Assembly (NCBI RefSeq): GCF_025643275.1
Contig: NZ_CP089977.1
Span: 420,001-452,000 of the forward strand
Direction: 5' to 3'
Length of the DNA: 32,000 nucleotides
Source: Moraxella nasicaprae
Lineage (GTDB): Bacteria > Pseudomonadota > Gammaproteobacteria > Pseudomonadales > Moraxellaceae
Part shown: one piece after another, positions 1 to 8,023 of the stretch
Layout: each line of letters begins with the position of its first letter
How positions within the stretch are numbered: position 1 is the first letter of the stretch
Notes under the pieces: generated by a model
What the model saw: the letters and a program-made list of their open reading frames with translations, nothing else
Told to the model about the DNA's origin: nothing
The model's database searches: none
Program-made: the position numbers and the translations under genes

Positions 1-634
1 AGCCACGCCAAGTCATGCCCTCAATTTGTTGCACAACACCAGCCACACCATGCAACGCCATCGATGCCACAGCAAATAATAACACCGTGATGACATTGCC
101 CCAAATGACCAATGACAAAGCATTAACTTGACCGACTTTTTTAACCACTGCATTACCAACCGCCCAAGACAAAGCAGCCGCCAGCGTCAGTAGCAGACCC
201 ATCATGGGTAGCTTGCCTTGATACTGACCTACTCCAACCAACATCAAGCCCACGCCTGCCAAAATCATCGCCAGCAGATGATTTACTTTTAGCGACTCTT
301 GCCACAAAAAATAAGCAATCAATACCGTAAAAAATGCCTGACTCTGATGAGTCAAAGCAACAATCCCTGTTGGCATGCCCACCCAAATTGCCCAAAACAA
401 CAAAGTAAACTGCCCAAAACTGATTGTCACTCCATACAAAACCAGCCAATACCACGCCACCGCTGGGCGTTTGATGATAAAAACAGCTGGCACAAGCAAG
501 CAGACAAATCTTAATAAACCCAATACCATTGGGGAAAGCTCTTGAACGCCAAGCCTAATAAAATAAAAATTAACACCCCATAGCAGTATGACCATCACCG
601 CCAATAAAATATCTTTTTTATTCATCTGATTCAT
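1..634 (-). CDS. EamA/DMT-family transporter. Partial: the C-terminal part runs off the left edge.
   Basis: I translated the reverse complement by hand from the ATG at 634..632. It reads MNQMNKKDILLAVMVILLWGVNFYFIRLGVQELSPMVLGLLRFVCLLVPAVF... and stays open to position 1. It has multiple hydrophobic helices and the LLWGxNF start typical of EamA domains. It is not in the ORF track because it lacks a stop inside the window. Confidence 0.7.
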   Translation of the reverse strand, partial: MNQMNKKDILLAVMVILLWGVNFYFIRLGVQELSPMVLGLLRFVCLLVPAVFIIKRPAVAWYWLVLYGVTISFGQFTLLFWAIWVGMPTGIVALTHQSQAFFTVLIAYFLWQESLKVNHLLAMILAGVGLMLVGVGQYQGKLPMMGLLLTLAAALSWAVGNAVVKKVGQVNALSLVIWGNVITVLLFAVASMALHGVAGVVQQIEGMTWRG

Positions 635-834
635 GGTACGCTCAAACTTTCATTCATATTACATCAATTACCATCTCCATCAATCATTGATGGACTGCAC
701 AAAAAACATCTTTTGGCTCAACGCCATATCCATTTGTTGGGTAAAAAAATCATTCATCAACACATCAAAGCATGGCAATATCATGCCTTTTTGCCACCAA
801 ATAAAGGCATTGACACCAAAATCAATATTGAATA

Positions 835-1338
835 TCAAGAATAGTGCTGAATGGTCGTCAAAATATCCTGACGAATGATTTGACTGCTGGGCATTTTTTC
901 AGCATGAAATCTCATGATTGGAATGCCAGCACTGGCAAGAGCCTTGTCTTTTTTGTCATCTTGTTTTTGGCGAGCCGTACTCTCATGCGTCCAATCATCA
1001 AGCTCAATGGCGACCAACACGGTCTGCAAATCATCATCTACCACCACAAAATCCACACTTTGACGGCAAATACGATTGAACCAGAACTGTCTGTCCCTAC
1101 CTGTGCTATCATCAGGCTCAATGATGCGACTGAGCTGTACTTGGCTAAAAATATGATATTCTGGCAATGCTTGTTTAATTTTATGGAAAAATATCACTTC
1201 GCTGTCTGTCATCAAGGGCATCGGCTCAAATGGCCAAATAGGCAGCTCATCGCCACGCACCATCTGTCTTTTTGGGCTGGTCAGCCAAAAAACCAGCACC
1301 AGTAGCACCACCACGCCACCCACAATCCACCAAGTCAT
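835..1338 (-). CDS. Membrane-anchored DUF2726-like protein (restriction-endonuclease-like fold)
   Basis: There is an N-terminal TM segment (MTWWIVGGVVVLLVLVFWL). The body (SEVIFFHKIKQALPEYHIFSQVQLSRII...VDFVVVDDDLQTVLVAIELDDWTHE...KDKALASAGIPIMRF) matches my recollection of the DUF2726 D...E-L-D core. I prefer the ATG at 1338, which has GGAG upstream, over the TTG at 1362. Confidence 0.6.
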   Translation of the reverse strand: MTWWIVGGVVVLLVLVFWLTSPKRQMVRGDELPIWPFEPMPLMTDSEVIFFHKIKQALPEYHIFSQVQLSRIIEPDDSTGRDRQFWFNRICRQSVDFVVVDDDLQTVLVAIELDDWTHESTARQKQDDKKDKALASAGIPIMRFHAEKMPSSQIIRQDILTTIQHYS

Positions 1339-1350
1339 CAACCATCTCCA

Positions 1351-1394
1351 CCAAAAAACCAAAAAAGCACGAAATACCCATCGTTTTCGTGCTT
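1351..1394 (-). terminator. Rho-independent terminator after the LysM/SPOR gene
   Basis: A 10-bp perfect stem pairs aagcacgaaa (1365-1374) with tttcgtgctt (1385-1394). On the minus strand it is followed by TTTTTTGGTTTTTT. Confidence 0.6.
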
Positions 1395-1423
1395 ATCCTT
1401 ATCAATAAAAAAACAGTGTAAAT

Positions 1424-2737
1424 TTATTCAACCTTATGAATAAATGCACCATCTGAATTGACACGAGAGTCATTAGCAACTTTTGAACGCAGCGCTTTGG
1501 CAGCGTCAGCACTTTTTGCTCCGCCAATCAATACCCTAGTACCACGACTGGTGTTGCTAGTATTGACCGTGTAGCCAGCTGCACGATATTGCTTGACTAA
1601 TTTATCCACTTTGGCACGGTCAGGCGTGATGGCAACTTGCACTGTATAACGACCCGCCAAGTGTGGATTTTGATCCTTGCCAGACTTATTGGCTCTGACA
1701 TCTGATTTGATGTTTTGTTTTTTATCATCTGACTTTTTATCAGATTTTTTCTCTTCACCTTTTTTGGTTTCTACTTTTTTACTTTCAGCTTTTTTCGTTT
1801 CAGTTTTTTTTGCTTCTGCTTTTTTGGCATTTTGCTCTTGCTTGGTTTGATTTTTTGCCCAAGCTGCTTTATTGTCTTTTGTGCGAGATGCCTGTGAGCC
1901 AGATGGGATTTTGAGCGTCTGACCTTCACGAATGATGTCGCCTGTACTCATACCATTTGCCTGTGTCAAAGCCGCCACAGAAACGCCGTGTCGATTGGCA
2001 ATACCTAGCCAAGTCTCACCTGCTTGAACTTGATACTGACCTGATTTTCCAGCCTTTGAATCACGGGCATTGGTGTCAGATTTTTTGTTTTGAGCATTTT
2101 TGACCTCAGCACGCTTTGCCTCTTCCGCCTTTTTGGCTGCTTGGCGTCTTTCTTCGGCTCTTTTTTCTTCTAGGCGTTTAGCCTCATCGGCTTTTTTCTT
2201 ATCCGCTTCATTGGTATTGGTGGCTGATTTTTTGGACTCTTCTGGTTTTTTGGGTAGACTAGCCTCTGCTGCTTTTTTAGCAAGTTCAGCTTTTTTTGCC
2301 TCTTCTGCCAATCGTTTTGCCTCTTCTGCTTGGCGAGCTGCCTCCACCGCCTCAGGGCGAGTTTGTACTGTCGGTAAAGCAATCAGTTCGCTTTTTGCTG
2401 CTTTATCAGCGGGTAGCACCGACTCTGAACCATTTTCGGCATTTGCCTTATTTAGGGCATTTAGACGAGCCTTTTGCTGTTCAGCAAGCAGTTGTTCTGT
2501 CTGCTTTTGCATTTGGCGAGTGTGAGCCTCTCGCTCCTTTTGTTTTTGGGCAAGTAAACGCTCCTCTGTCGCCACATCGGCGGTCAAAGGCTGTACGGTT
2601 GGCTTAGCAATTTGCGGTGCCTGACCAGTCTTTACAACAGGCTCCTGTACTGGCTTATCATTTTTTGCCAAAGCAAAAAAAGTTACGCCACCACCCAGCA
2701 CCAACGCTGAACCTAATAATACTTGTTTTGAAATCAT
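1424..2737 (-). CDS. LysM plus SPOR domain cell-division/peptidoglycan-binding protein (DedD/FimV-like) with a long Lys/Glu/Ala-rich linker
   Basis: It has a signal-anchor (MISKQVLLGSALVLGGGVTFFALA), a LysM motif (YQVQAGETWLGIANRHGVSVAALTQANGMSTGDIIREGQTLKIP) and a C-terminal SPOR-like domain (RYTVQVAITPDRAKVDKLVKQYRAAGY...TRVLIGGAKSADAAKALRSKV). Its position after accD-folC mirrors enterobacterial dedD. The start is taken at the ATG at 2737. Confidence 0.75.
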   Translation of the reverse strand: MISKQVLLGSALVLGGGVTFFALAKNDKPVQEPVVKTGQAPQIAKPTVQPLTADVATEERLLAQKQKEREAHTRQMQKQTEQLLAEQQKARLNALNKANAENGSESVLPADKAAKSELIALPTVQTRPEAVEAARQAEEAKRLAEEAKKAELAKKAAEASLPKKPEESKKSATNTNEADKKKADEAKRLEEKRAEERRQAAKKAEEAKRAEVKNAQNKKSDTNARDSKAGKSGQYQVQAGETWLGIANRHGVSVAALTQANGMSTGDIIREGQTLKIPSGSQASRTKDNKAAWAKNQTKQEQNAKKAEAKKTETKKAESKKVETKKGEEKKSDKKSDDKKQNIKSDVRANKSGKDQNPHLAGRYTVQVAITPDRAKVDKLVKQYRAAGYTVNTSNTSRGTRVLIGGAKSADAAKALRSKVANDSRVNSDGAFIHKVE

Positions 2738-2989
2738 TCTCACACTCCGCATCAACCCTGCATTGGCAGTCGTTATGCAAATCAAACAACCAAAATTCTA
2801 TCAAAATGATGATATTTCGACCCATCAAGTACGCCAAAATCCACCATCAAATAAATCATTATACAAAATTTGTCAATCATATCATACCAAGAATTGAACT
2901 GGCTGTAATACCTAAACACATTTTTTTACAATATAATCGCAAATTATTCAAATTTTGTTCAATTCGTGGTAATTATTTAAGCAAATTTG

Positions 2990-4306
2990 TCAAAAACTTT
3001 TGCCTATCAAAGCAGTCAGACTCTCACCAATGGTATGAAATGACCCAAACGCCACAATCAAATCATCATCGCTACTTGCTTTAATCACCCCTTGTGTTGC
3101 CTGTGCTAGATTGTCATAGGTAATGATACATTCTGGCTCTATTTCTTTGTTTAAGTAATCAAGCAAACACGGCAAGCTCATCGCTCGCTGATGGTCAATG
3201 GCGGCAATGTGCCACATCGCCTGAGGCAATGCTTGCTCATCAATGGCTTGACGCACCTGCTTAATGACCGACGGCACATCTTTATCGCCCAGCATTGAAA
3301 ATAGGAAAAACAGATTGGCATTAGGTTTATTGGTTTGATATTCTTTCCAATATCTTGTTAGTTGTTCTAATAAAAAAATGATGCCAGCCTCATTATGCCC
3401 CACATCAAAAATCCATTGGCGATTTTCTAAGACCCTTTTGTCAAATCTTCCTGCCAACTGCACCTGTTGTAATCCTGTCTTGATGGCATTCACGGAGATA
3501 TTTAGCGAACTTGCCAGCACAGCACTCACGGCATTGGCGGCATTTTTTAAAGACAGATTCGGCTTAGGTAGTGATGCGGTGATGGCAGATAAGCCATAAG
3601 TCCAATTCTCTAAATTTTCTTGATAGTCATAATGCACGCCAAGCTGACAAACCTTGGCATCTAAGGATTTGGCTTGCTCATAAACACTTGCCGGCATTTG
3701 ATATTCCCCCAAAATCACGGGAATATCCGCTCTCATGATACCTGCTTTTTCTCGTCCAATATCATCAAGATTATCGCCCAACCAATCCACATGGTCAATG
3801 CCGATATTGGTAATGACCGCCAAATCAGGGTCAATGATGTTCACAACATCAAGTCGTCCACCCAACCCAATTTCTAGCACCCAAACATCACAATTTGCTT
3901 GTAAAAATAACCAAAAAGCCGCCAAAGTTGTCATTTCAAAGAATGACAGGCTCACTCCCTTGTTCAGCCTTGCCTGTTCTATCACTTCAAATGCTTTGAT
4001 AAGATTATCTTCACTTATCTCGACACCATCAATGCGTACTCGCTCAGTGAATGACACCAGATGTGGCGATTGATATAGGGCGGTTTTTAGCCCTGATGCT
4101 TGGCAAATTTGAGCAATGGTCGCTGTGGTAGAACCTTTACCATTAGTACCCGCTACTGTAAACACATAGGGGCATTTGCCCTGCCAAGCAGATTTTAACA
4201 GCCCAAGTTCATCAGCCACAGGCAACACTCTATCTAGCCCCATGTCAATGGCAGACACATGAATACTGCCCATATATTCTAGCCACTGGCTTAGATTTTT
4301 TTTCAT
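2990..4306 (-). CDS. folC: Bifunctional folylpolyglutamate synthase / dihydrofolate synthase
   Basis: It has the Mur-ligase P-loop VAGTNGKGST, plus EIGLGGRLD and ITNIGIDH motifs. It lies downstream of accD, in the conserved order. The start is taken at MKKNLSQWLEY (ATG at 4306). Confidence 0.9.
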   Translation of the reverse strand: MKKNLSQWLEYMGSIHVSAIDMGLDRVLPVADELGLLKSAWQGKCPYVFTVAGTNGKGSTTATIAQICQASGLKTALYQSPHLVSFTERVRIDGVEISEDNLIKAFEVIEQARLNKGVSLSFFEMTTLAAFWLFLQANCDVWVLEIGLGGRLDVVNIIDPDLAVITNIGIDHVDWLGDNLDDIGREKAGIMRADIPVILGEYQMPASVYEQAKSLDAKVCQLGVHYDYQENLENWTYGLSAITASLPKPNLSLKNAANAVSAVLASSLNISVNAIKTGLQQVQLAGRFDKRVLENRQWIFDVGHNEAGIIFLLEQLTRYWKEYQTNKPNANLFFLFSMLGDKDVPSVIKQVRQAIDEQALPQAMWHIAAIDHQRAMSLPCLLDYLNKEIEPECIITYDNLAQATQGVIKASSDDDLIVAFGSFHTIGESLTALIGKSF

Positions 4307-4387
4307 AGTCAATCCTAGCTTTCTACAACAACAAACACCCAAAACCAACGAATTGGCTTTGGGTGGGTTCATATTCCAATGTAATGT

Positions 4388-5281
4388 TTAAGCAGCGTTT
4401 GCTTTGGTTAATTTTGCCAAAATACGATGCGTGGTGTCAATCAGCTGATGACGATGCACCACCATATCCACCGTACCTTTTTCTAACAAAAATTCTGCTC
4501 GTTGAAATGGCTCATCAAGCACTTCACGCACCGTTTGCTCAATCACTCGCTTACCTGCAAAGCCAATCATCGCACGAGGTTCAGCAATGTGTACATCGCC
4601 CAGCATGGCAAGGCTTGCGGTCACACCACCATAGACAGGATTAGTGAGAATTACAACATAAGGCACACCTGCCAAACGAAGTCGTTCAATGGCTGCTGAG
4701 GTACGAGCCATCTGCATCAAAGACAGTAAGCCCTCCTGCATTCTAGCACCGCCAGAAGCAGCAAAACACACCAAAGGTTTACGCTCAGCAAGGGCTTTTT
4801 CGGCGGCCTGCACAAAACGGTCGCCCACCACCGAACCCATCGAACCGCCCATAAAGCGAAAATCAAAGGCACAAGCGATGATGTCTAAATTTTTCAGCTT
4901 ACCGCTCATCACCACCAAGCCCTCACTCTCACCCGTCTTTCTTTGGGCTTCCAGCATTCGCTCTGGGTATGGCTTGCTATCAACAAATTGTAGCGGGTTG
5001 CCAGCATTGAACTCTTGCCCCAGCTCTTTATCCACGCTATCCAAAAACCACTCCAAGCGTTTGCGAGCAGTCATGGGCAGGTGGTGGTCGCACTCTGGGC
5101 AAACATTTTGGTTCAAAATCAATGCCGTATTGGTTGTCATTGCATGACACTCAGGGCATTCGGTTGATGGTTCGGTGGCAACCGCTGATAAGGTTGGCAC
5201 GGTACTTTGCTTAATGCCTGGCACGCTACGATTTAGCCAAATGGTCGGCTCTGTGCTGGCAATGTCGGCTTGATTTGACAT
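4388..5281 (-). CDS. accD: Acetyl-CoA carboxylase carboxyltransferase beta subunit
   Basis: It has an N-terminal Cys4 zinc finger (CPECHA...CPECDHH) and the carboxyltransferase core (FMGGSMGSVVGDRF, ASGGARMQEG). The start is taken at MSNQADI. Confidence 0.9.
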   Translation of the reverse strand: MSNQADIASTEPTIWLNRSVPGIKQSTVPTLSAVATEPSTECPECHAMTTNTALILNQNVCPECDHHLPMTARKRLEWFLDSVDKELGQEFNAGNPLQFVDSKPYPERMLEAQRKTGESEGLVVMSGKLKNLDIIACAFDFRFMGGSMGSVVGDRFVQAAEKALAERKPLVCFAASGGARMQEGLLSLMQMARTSAAIERLRLAGVPYVVILTNPVYGGVTASLAMLGDVHIAEPRAMIGFAGKRVIEQTVREVLDEPFQRAEFLLEKGTVDMVVHRHQLIDTTHRILAKLTKANAA

Positions 5282-5376
5282 AAAGAATCCTATTTTGTGC
5301 AATTTTGCAATTTGACATAGTTTACACTTGTATTATTTATTTGGCAAATAAATTTTATGGCAAGTGTTTACATTTA

Positions 5377-6195
5377 TCATCGCTCATCAATCGCAGCTCG
5401 TAGCTCGTCCATTTTTGCCAAGATATTTGCTTTCGCCTGTTCGATTTTTGCCAAATCATCGCCCACATCAGCAAAGTGTCTGACAAGCTCACTCCCCACA
5501 ATCACCCCATCGGCAAACTTGGCAACCGCCTTTGCACTCTCGCCATCACGAATGCCAAACCCAACACAAATCGGCAAGTCGGTATCCGCCTTAATCGCTT
5601 GTACTTGGCGGGCGACTTCGTCAGTGTCCAGTGCCTTTGAGCCTGTAACGCCCTTAACCGACACATAATAAATAAAGCCCGAACCGTGTTTTAGCACCGC
5701 TTTTCTACGCTCGCTTTGGGTGGTGGGGGCAAGTAGGAAAATTTGGTTAATCTCTTTATCAGCGAGTTTGGCGGATACACTTTCATCAGTCTCATTGGGC
5801 GGTAAATCCACCAACAGTAAGCCGTCCACGCCATTTGCCTCACACAGATTTAAAAAATCATCATAGCCGATAATCTCAACTGGATTAAGATAGCCCATTA
5901 AAAGCACTGGCGTGGTGGTGTTCGTCTTACGAAACTGCCCCACCATTTGCACGGCTTGGCGTGTAGAAGTGCCATTTGTCAATGCTCGCTCGCCAGCCAA
6001 TGAAATGACAGAGCCGTCCGCCATTGGGTCGCTAAATGGCAAGCCAATCTCAATGATGTCCGCTCCGTGTGCCACCAAATCGTGCATCAAATCCACCGTA
6101 ATAGCAGGATTTGGGTCGCCTGCCATAATGTAGGGGATTAGGGCTTTTTTGTTTTGCTGTTTTAAAGTCGCAAAAGTTTCTTGAATTCGGGTCAT
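5377..6195 (-). CDS. trpA: Tryptophan synthase alpha chain
   Basis: The sequence MTRIQETFATLKQQNKKALIPYIMAGDP...IEIGLPFSDPMADG...GFIYYVSVKGVTG...VGFGI is classic TrpA. A GGAGAG RBS lies 8 nt upstream of the ATG at 6195. Confidence 0.92.
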   Translation of the reverse strand: MTRIQETFATLKQQNKKALIPYIMAGDPNPAITVDLMHDLVAHGADIIEIGLPFSDPMADGSVISLAGERALTNGTSTRQAVQMVGQFRKTNTTTPVLLMGYLNPVEIIGYDDFLNLCEANGVDGLLLVDLPPNETDESVSAKLADKEINQIFLLAPTTQSERRKAVLKHGSGFIYYVSVKGVTGSKALDTDEVARQVQAIKADTDLPICVGFGIRDGESAKAVAKFADGVIVGSELVRHFADVGDDLAKIEQAKANILAKMDELRAAIDER

Positions 6196-6219
6196 TTTAA
6201 GCACTCTCCAATCATTAAA

Positions 6220-6966
6220 TCATATTTTTATTGACATAATTTTTCTGTATAGCTCATCAAAGGCTTTAATATTTTCTGGGCTTTCTGAAAGGTTTCGCAT
6301 ATACGAGTCTACATCTTCATACTTGATACTCAAAAACTCATCAAAAAATGCCTTACCACGCCTTATGTTTGTGTTTTCAGGTACATAAATATTGCCTTTC
6401 ATCTTCTTATTGTTGAAGAAAAATAAAATCGGTTCAATTTTAGCGTTTGGGAACTCACGTACCAAATAGGCGTAAGTTTTGATGAATTTACGGTTAATAT
6501 CAACAAATTTTCCCGTGTTGTGGTCGTCATTATACTTTACTTCAAGGTAGTAAATAACGCCTGTTTGCTTGTTTTGAAAAAGAATATCAATATCGTGCTT
6601 GATTGTTGAAAGATTGGTATCATTATCGTTTGCAATGGCGTATAACAATTTGGGAAATTCTTCATCAAGATTTATGGTGTTGTACTGGCAAGAACTTATG
6701 AAATTGTTGATTCTTGTGTCATTTTGGGTAGATAACTGAAAACTATTGCTTTTCTTACTGCTATAATCTTCCAAAATGGTATAACGCCCATCATTCTGGA
6801 TTAAATTTTTCAAGAAAAAAATAGCAAAACAATCAAGATTGATGTTAAATTTTTTCATTATATCAAAAAAGCCATAATCTTGATTTTTATTTTTCTGAAT
6901 GTATAATTTTCTTTTATTTAAACAACAGCTTAAAGAAAAATTAAATGCTTTATCTATATCTTGCAT
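6220..6966 (-). CDS. Hypothetical protein, probable type II restriction-endonuclease-like PD-(D/E)XK nuclease
   Basis: This is a 248-aa ORF in a very AT-rich island. A candidate catalytic core is HDIDILFQNKQTGVIYYLEVKYNDDHNTGK, which fits D-x13-E-V-K. It lies downstream of a methyltransferase remnant. I recognise no closer family. Confidence 0.45.
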   Translation of the reverse strand: MQDIDKAFNFSLSCCLNKRKLYIQKNKNQDYGFFDIMKKFNINLDCFAIFFLKNLIQNDGRYTILEDYSSKKSNSFQLSTQNDTRINNFISSCQYNTINLDEEFPKLLYAIANDNDTNLSTIKHDIDILFQNKQTGVIYYLEVKYNDDHNTGKFVDINRKFIKTYAYLVREFPNAKIEPILFFFNNKKMKGNIYVPENTNIRRGKAFFDEFLSIKYEDVDSYMRNLSESPENIKAFDELYRKIMSIKI

Positions 6967-6976
6967 AGATTACTCC

Positions 6977-7702
6977 TTATCCAAATATTAAATTATCTAT
7001 ATCTTTTGTTTTAATTGTACTATCATATAGCATTTGAATTTCATCATAATTGATAAACCTAAACCTTTCTTTATTATTTTTGTGAATTTCCAAATTTATT
7101 GTTTTTTCAAATTTTTTTCGATGTTTTTCTGGAGCAATGATAAAAAATTCTGAGCGAAAATTCTGTAACTGCAAGCAACGATTAAAAGCCCCATTTAATG
7201 TTCCAATACTATCCACCACTTCAAATATTTTTTGAGGAAATACCAGCCCTTTTTTGTTTAACCAAATAACATCAATTCTTGTTGCCTCCTCCAAAATGTT
7301 GTCATATGAAAATTTTGGCAGAGTTTGTAATGATGTTAAATCCTTTAGTTTAAGATTGTCCCGATAAAATGATGAAGGATCAGCTGTGTAAGTATGGTAA
7401 CCATTGAAATTACCTAACTCAATACATAGACCTTCAATAAAAGAATGCAATCTTATATCTTCTTGAAGTTTAGGCTTTTGCTCCACAATGTAGTCTTGCA
7501 AAGCATAAATACCCACACCTATTTTTTTAAACAATTTACGCTCACCAACTTCACGATATAAGACACCTCGAATGCCAGCTTGCCATTGAATGGAACTTTT
7601 GATACTGGGATAATACTTTTCAATATTATTGTAGATAATATCAAGTGTTGCAACACCCCCATTATCTTCCATTATCCTGAGAATTGCCTGAATTTTTGTC
7701 AT
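6977..7702 (-). CDS. Hypothetical protein with an N-terminal winged-helix (Mrr_N/HARE-HTH-like) domain and a C-terminal PD-(D/E)XK-like domain
   Basis: The N-terminus (MTKIQAILRIMEDNGGVATLDIIYNNIEKYY...WQAGIRGVLYREVGERKLFKKIGVGIYAL) has the pattern of restriction-enzyme wHTH sensor domains. The C-terminus (HSFIEGLCIELGNFNGY...RIDVIWLNKKGLVFPQKIFEVVDS) resembles D...E-V-x-S nuclease cores. Its ATG lies 19 nt after the point where the methylase remnant frame ends. Confidence 0.45.
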   Translation of the reverse strand: MTKIQAILRIMEDNGGVATLDIIYNNIEKYYPSIKSSIQWQAGIRGVLYREVGERKLFKKIGVGIYALQDYIVEQKPKLQEDIRLHSFIEGLCIELGNFNGYHTYTADPSSFYRDNLKLKDLTSLQTLPKFSYDNILEEATRIDVIWLNKKGLVFPQKIFEVVDSIGTLNGAFNRCLQLQNFRSEFFIIAPEKHRKKFEKTINLEIHKNNKERFRFINYDEIQMLYDSTIKTKDIDNLIFG

Positions 7703-7721
7703 AGGTAACTTGCCACAAATT

Positions 7722-8023
7722 TCACATTAAAAATAAAGAACCAATAACCCAAATTGAACCTGTTGGCCTTAAAACCCTTTTGCATTCTGTTAGCCATTCT
7801 TCACAAAAAGAGTCATACTGTTTAAAATCATTAAACTTGTCCCATTCATCTTCTACGCCTGAAAATTTTTCGCCATTAGTGCGTAGTAATTCCCACTCCG
7901 TTTGCATAAAATACGGTGGGTCAGCAAAGATTAAATCAATGCTATTACTGGGTATTTTTTTAAATTTTCTATACAATCCCCTTTTAGGATTGTATTAAGA
8001 AATTGATTTATATTGTCTTTCAT
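7722..8023 (-). pseudogene. 5' remnant of a beta-class (CcrM/M.HinfI-like) DNA methyltransferase, both frameshifted and truncated
   Basis: The track ORF (7722..7976) reads ...IPSNSIDLIFADPPYFMQTE...DEWDKFNDF..YDSFCEEWL.ECKRVLRPTGSIWVIGS and then stops after about 84 aa. Hand translation from the ATG at 8023 in the neighbouring frame gives MKDNINQFLNTILKGDCIENLKK. That joins the DPPY frame only if the A7 run (T7 on the plus strand, 7955-7961) were A8. No catalytic or AdoMet-binding C-terminal two-thirds is present. Confidence 0.75.

Noticed and set aside
844-1305. Long antisense ORFs lying inside confidently called genes. Examples are 844..1305(+), 2100..2525(+), 3735..4073(+), 4689..5147(+), 5357..5668(+), 14533..14976(-), 15558..15854(+), 21895..22254(+), 24407..24700(-) and 27693..27986(-).
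   Set aside because: Each lies opposite a gene with unmistakable family motifs. Their translations are low-complexity or compositionally odd (Ser/Ala/Phe-rich or Cys/His-rich), and none has a recognisable motif or RBS. They are shadow ORFs.
2617-3084. A 155-aa plus-strand ORF spanning the intergenic region between folC and the LysM/SPOR gene.
   Set aside because: It overlaps the 3' end of folC and the 5' end of the SPOR gene on the opposite strand. Its translation is AT-driven (rich in K, I, N, F and H) with no motif. The region is better explained as the promoter region of the SPOR gene.
4307-4372. N-terminal extensions given by the ORF track for folC, accD, trpA, trpF, TSUP, SDR, the Lnb-like protein, AGCS and DUF2726. 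Several begin at non-ATG codons.
   Set aside because: Internal ATGs give N-termini that match the family-typical starts, signal peptides or RBS positions. The extensions add odd sequences such as MNPPKANSLVLGVCCCRKLGLT. I shortened the coordinates accordingly, though the starts remain predictions.
7955-7961. The A7/T7 homopolymer in the methylase 5' region as a phase-variation switch.
   Set aside because: Restoring the frame would still give only a roughly 100-aa stub, because the 3' two-thirds of the gene are missing. The tract cannot switch a functional methylase on or off. It is recorded as decay, not phase variation.
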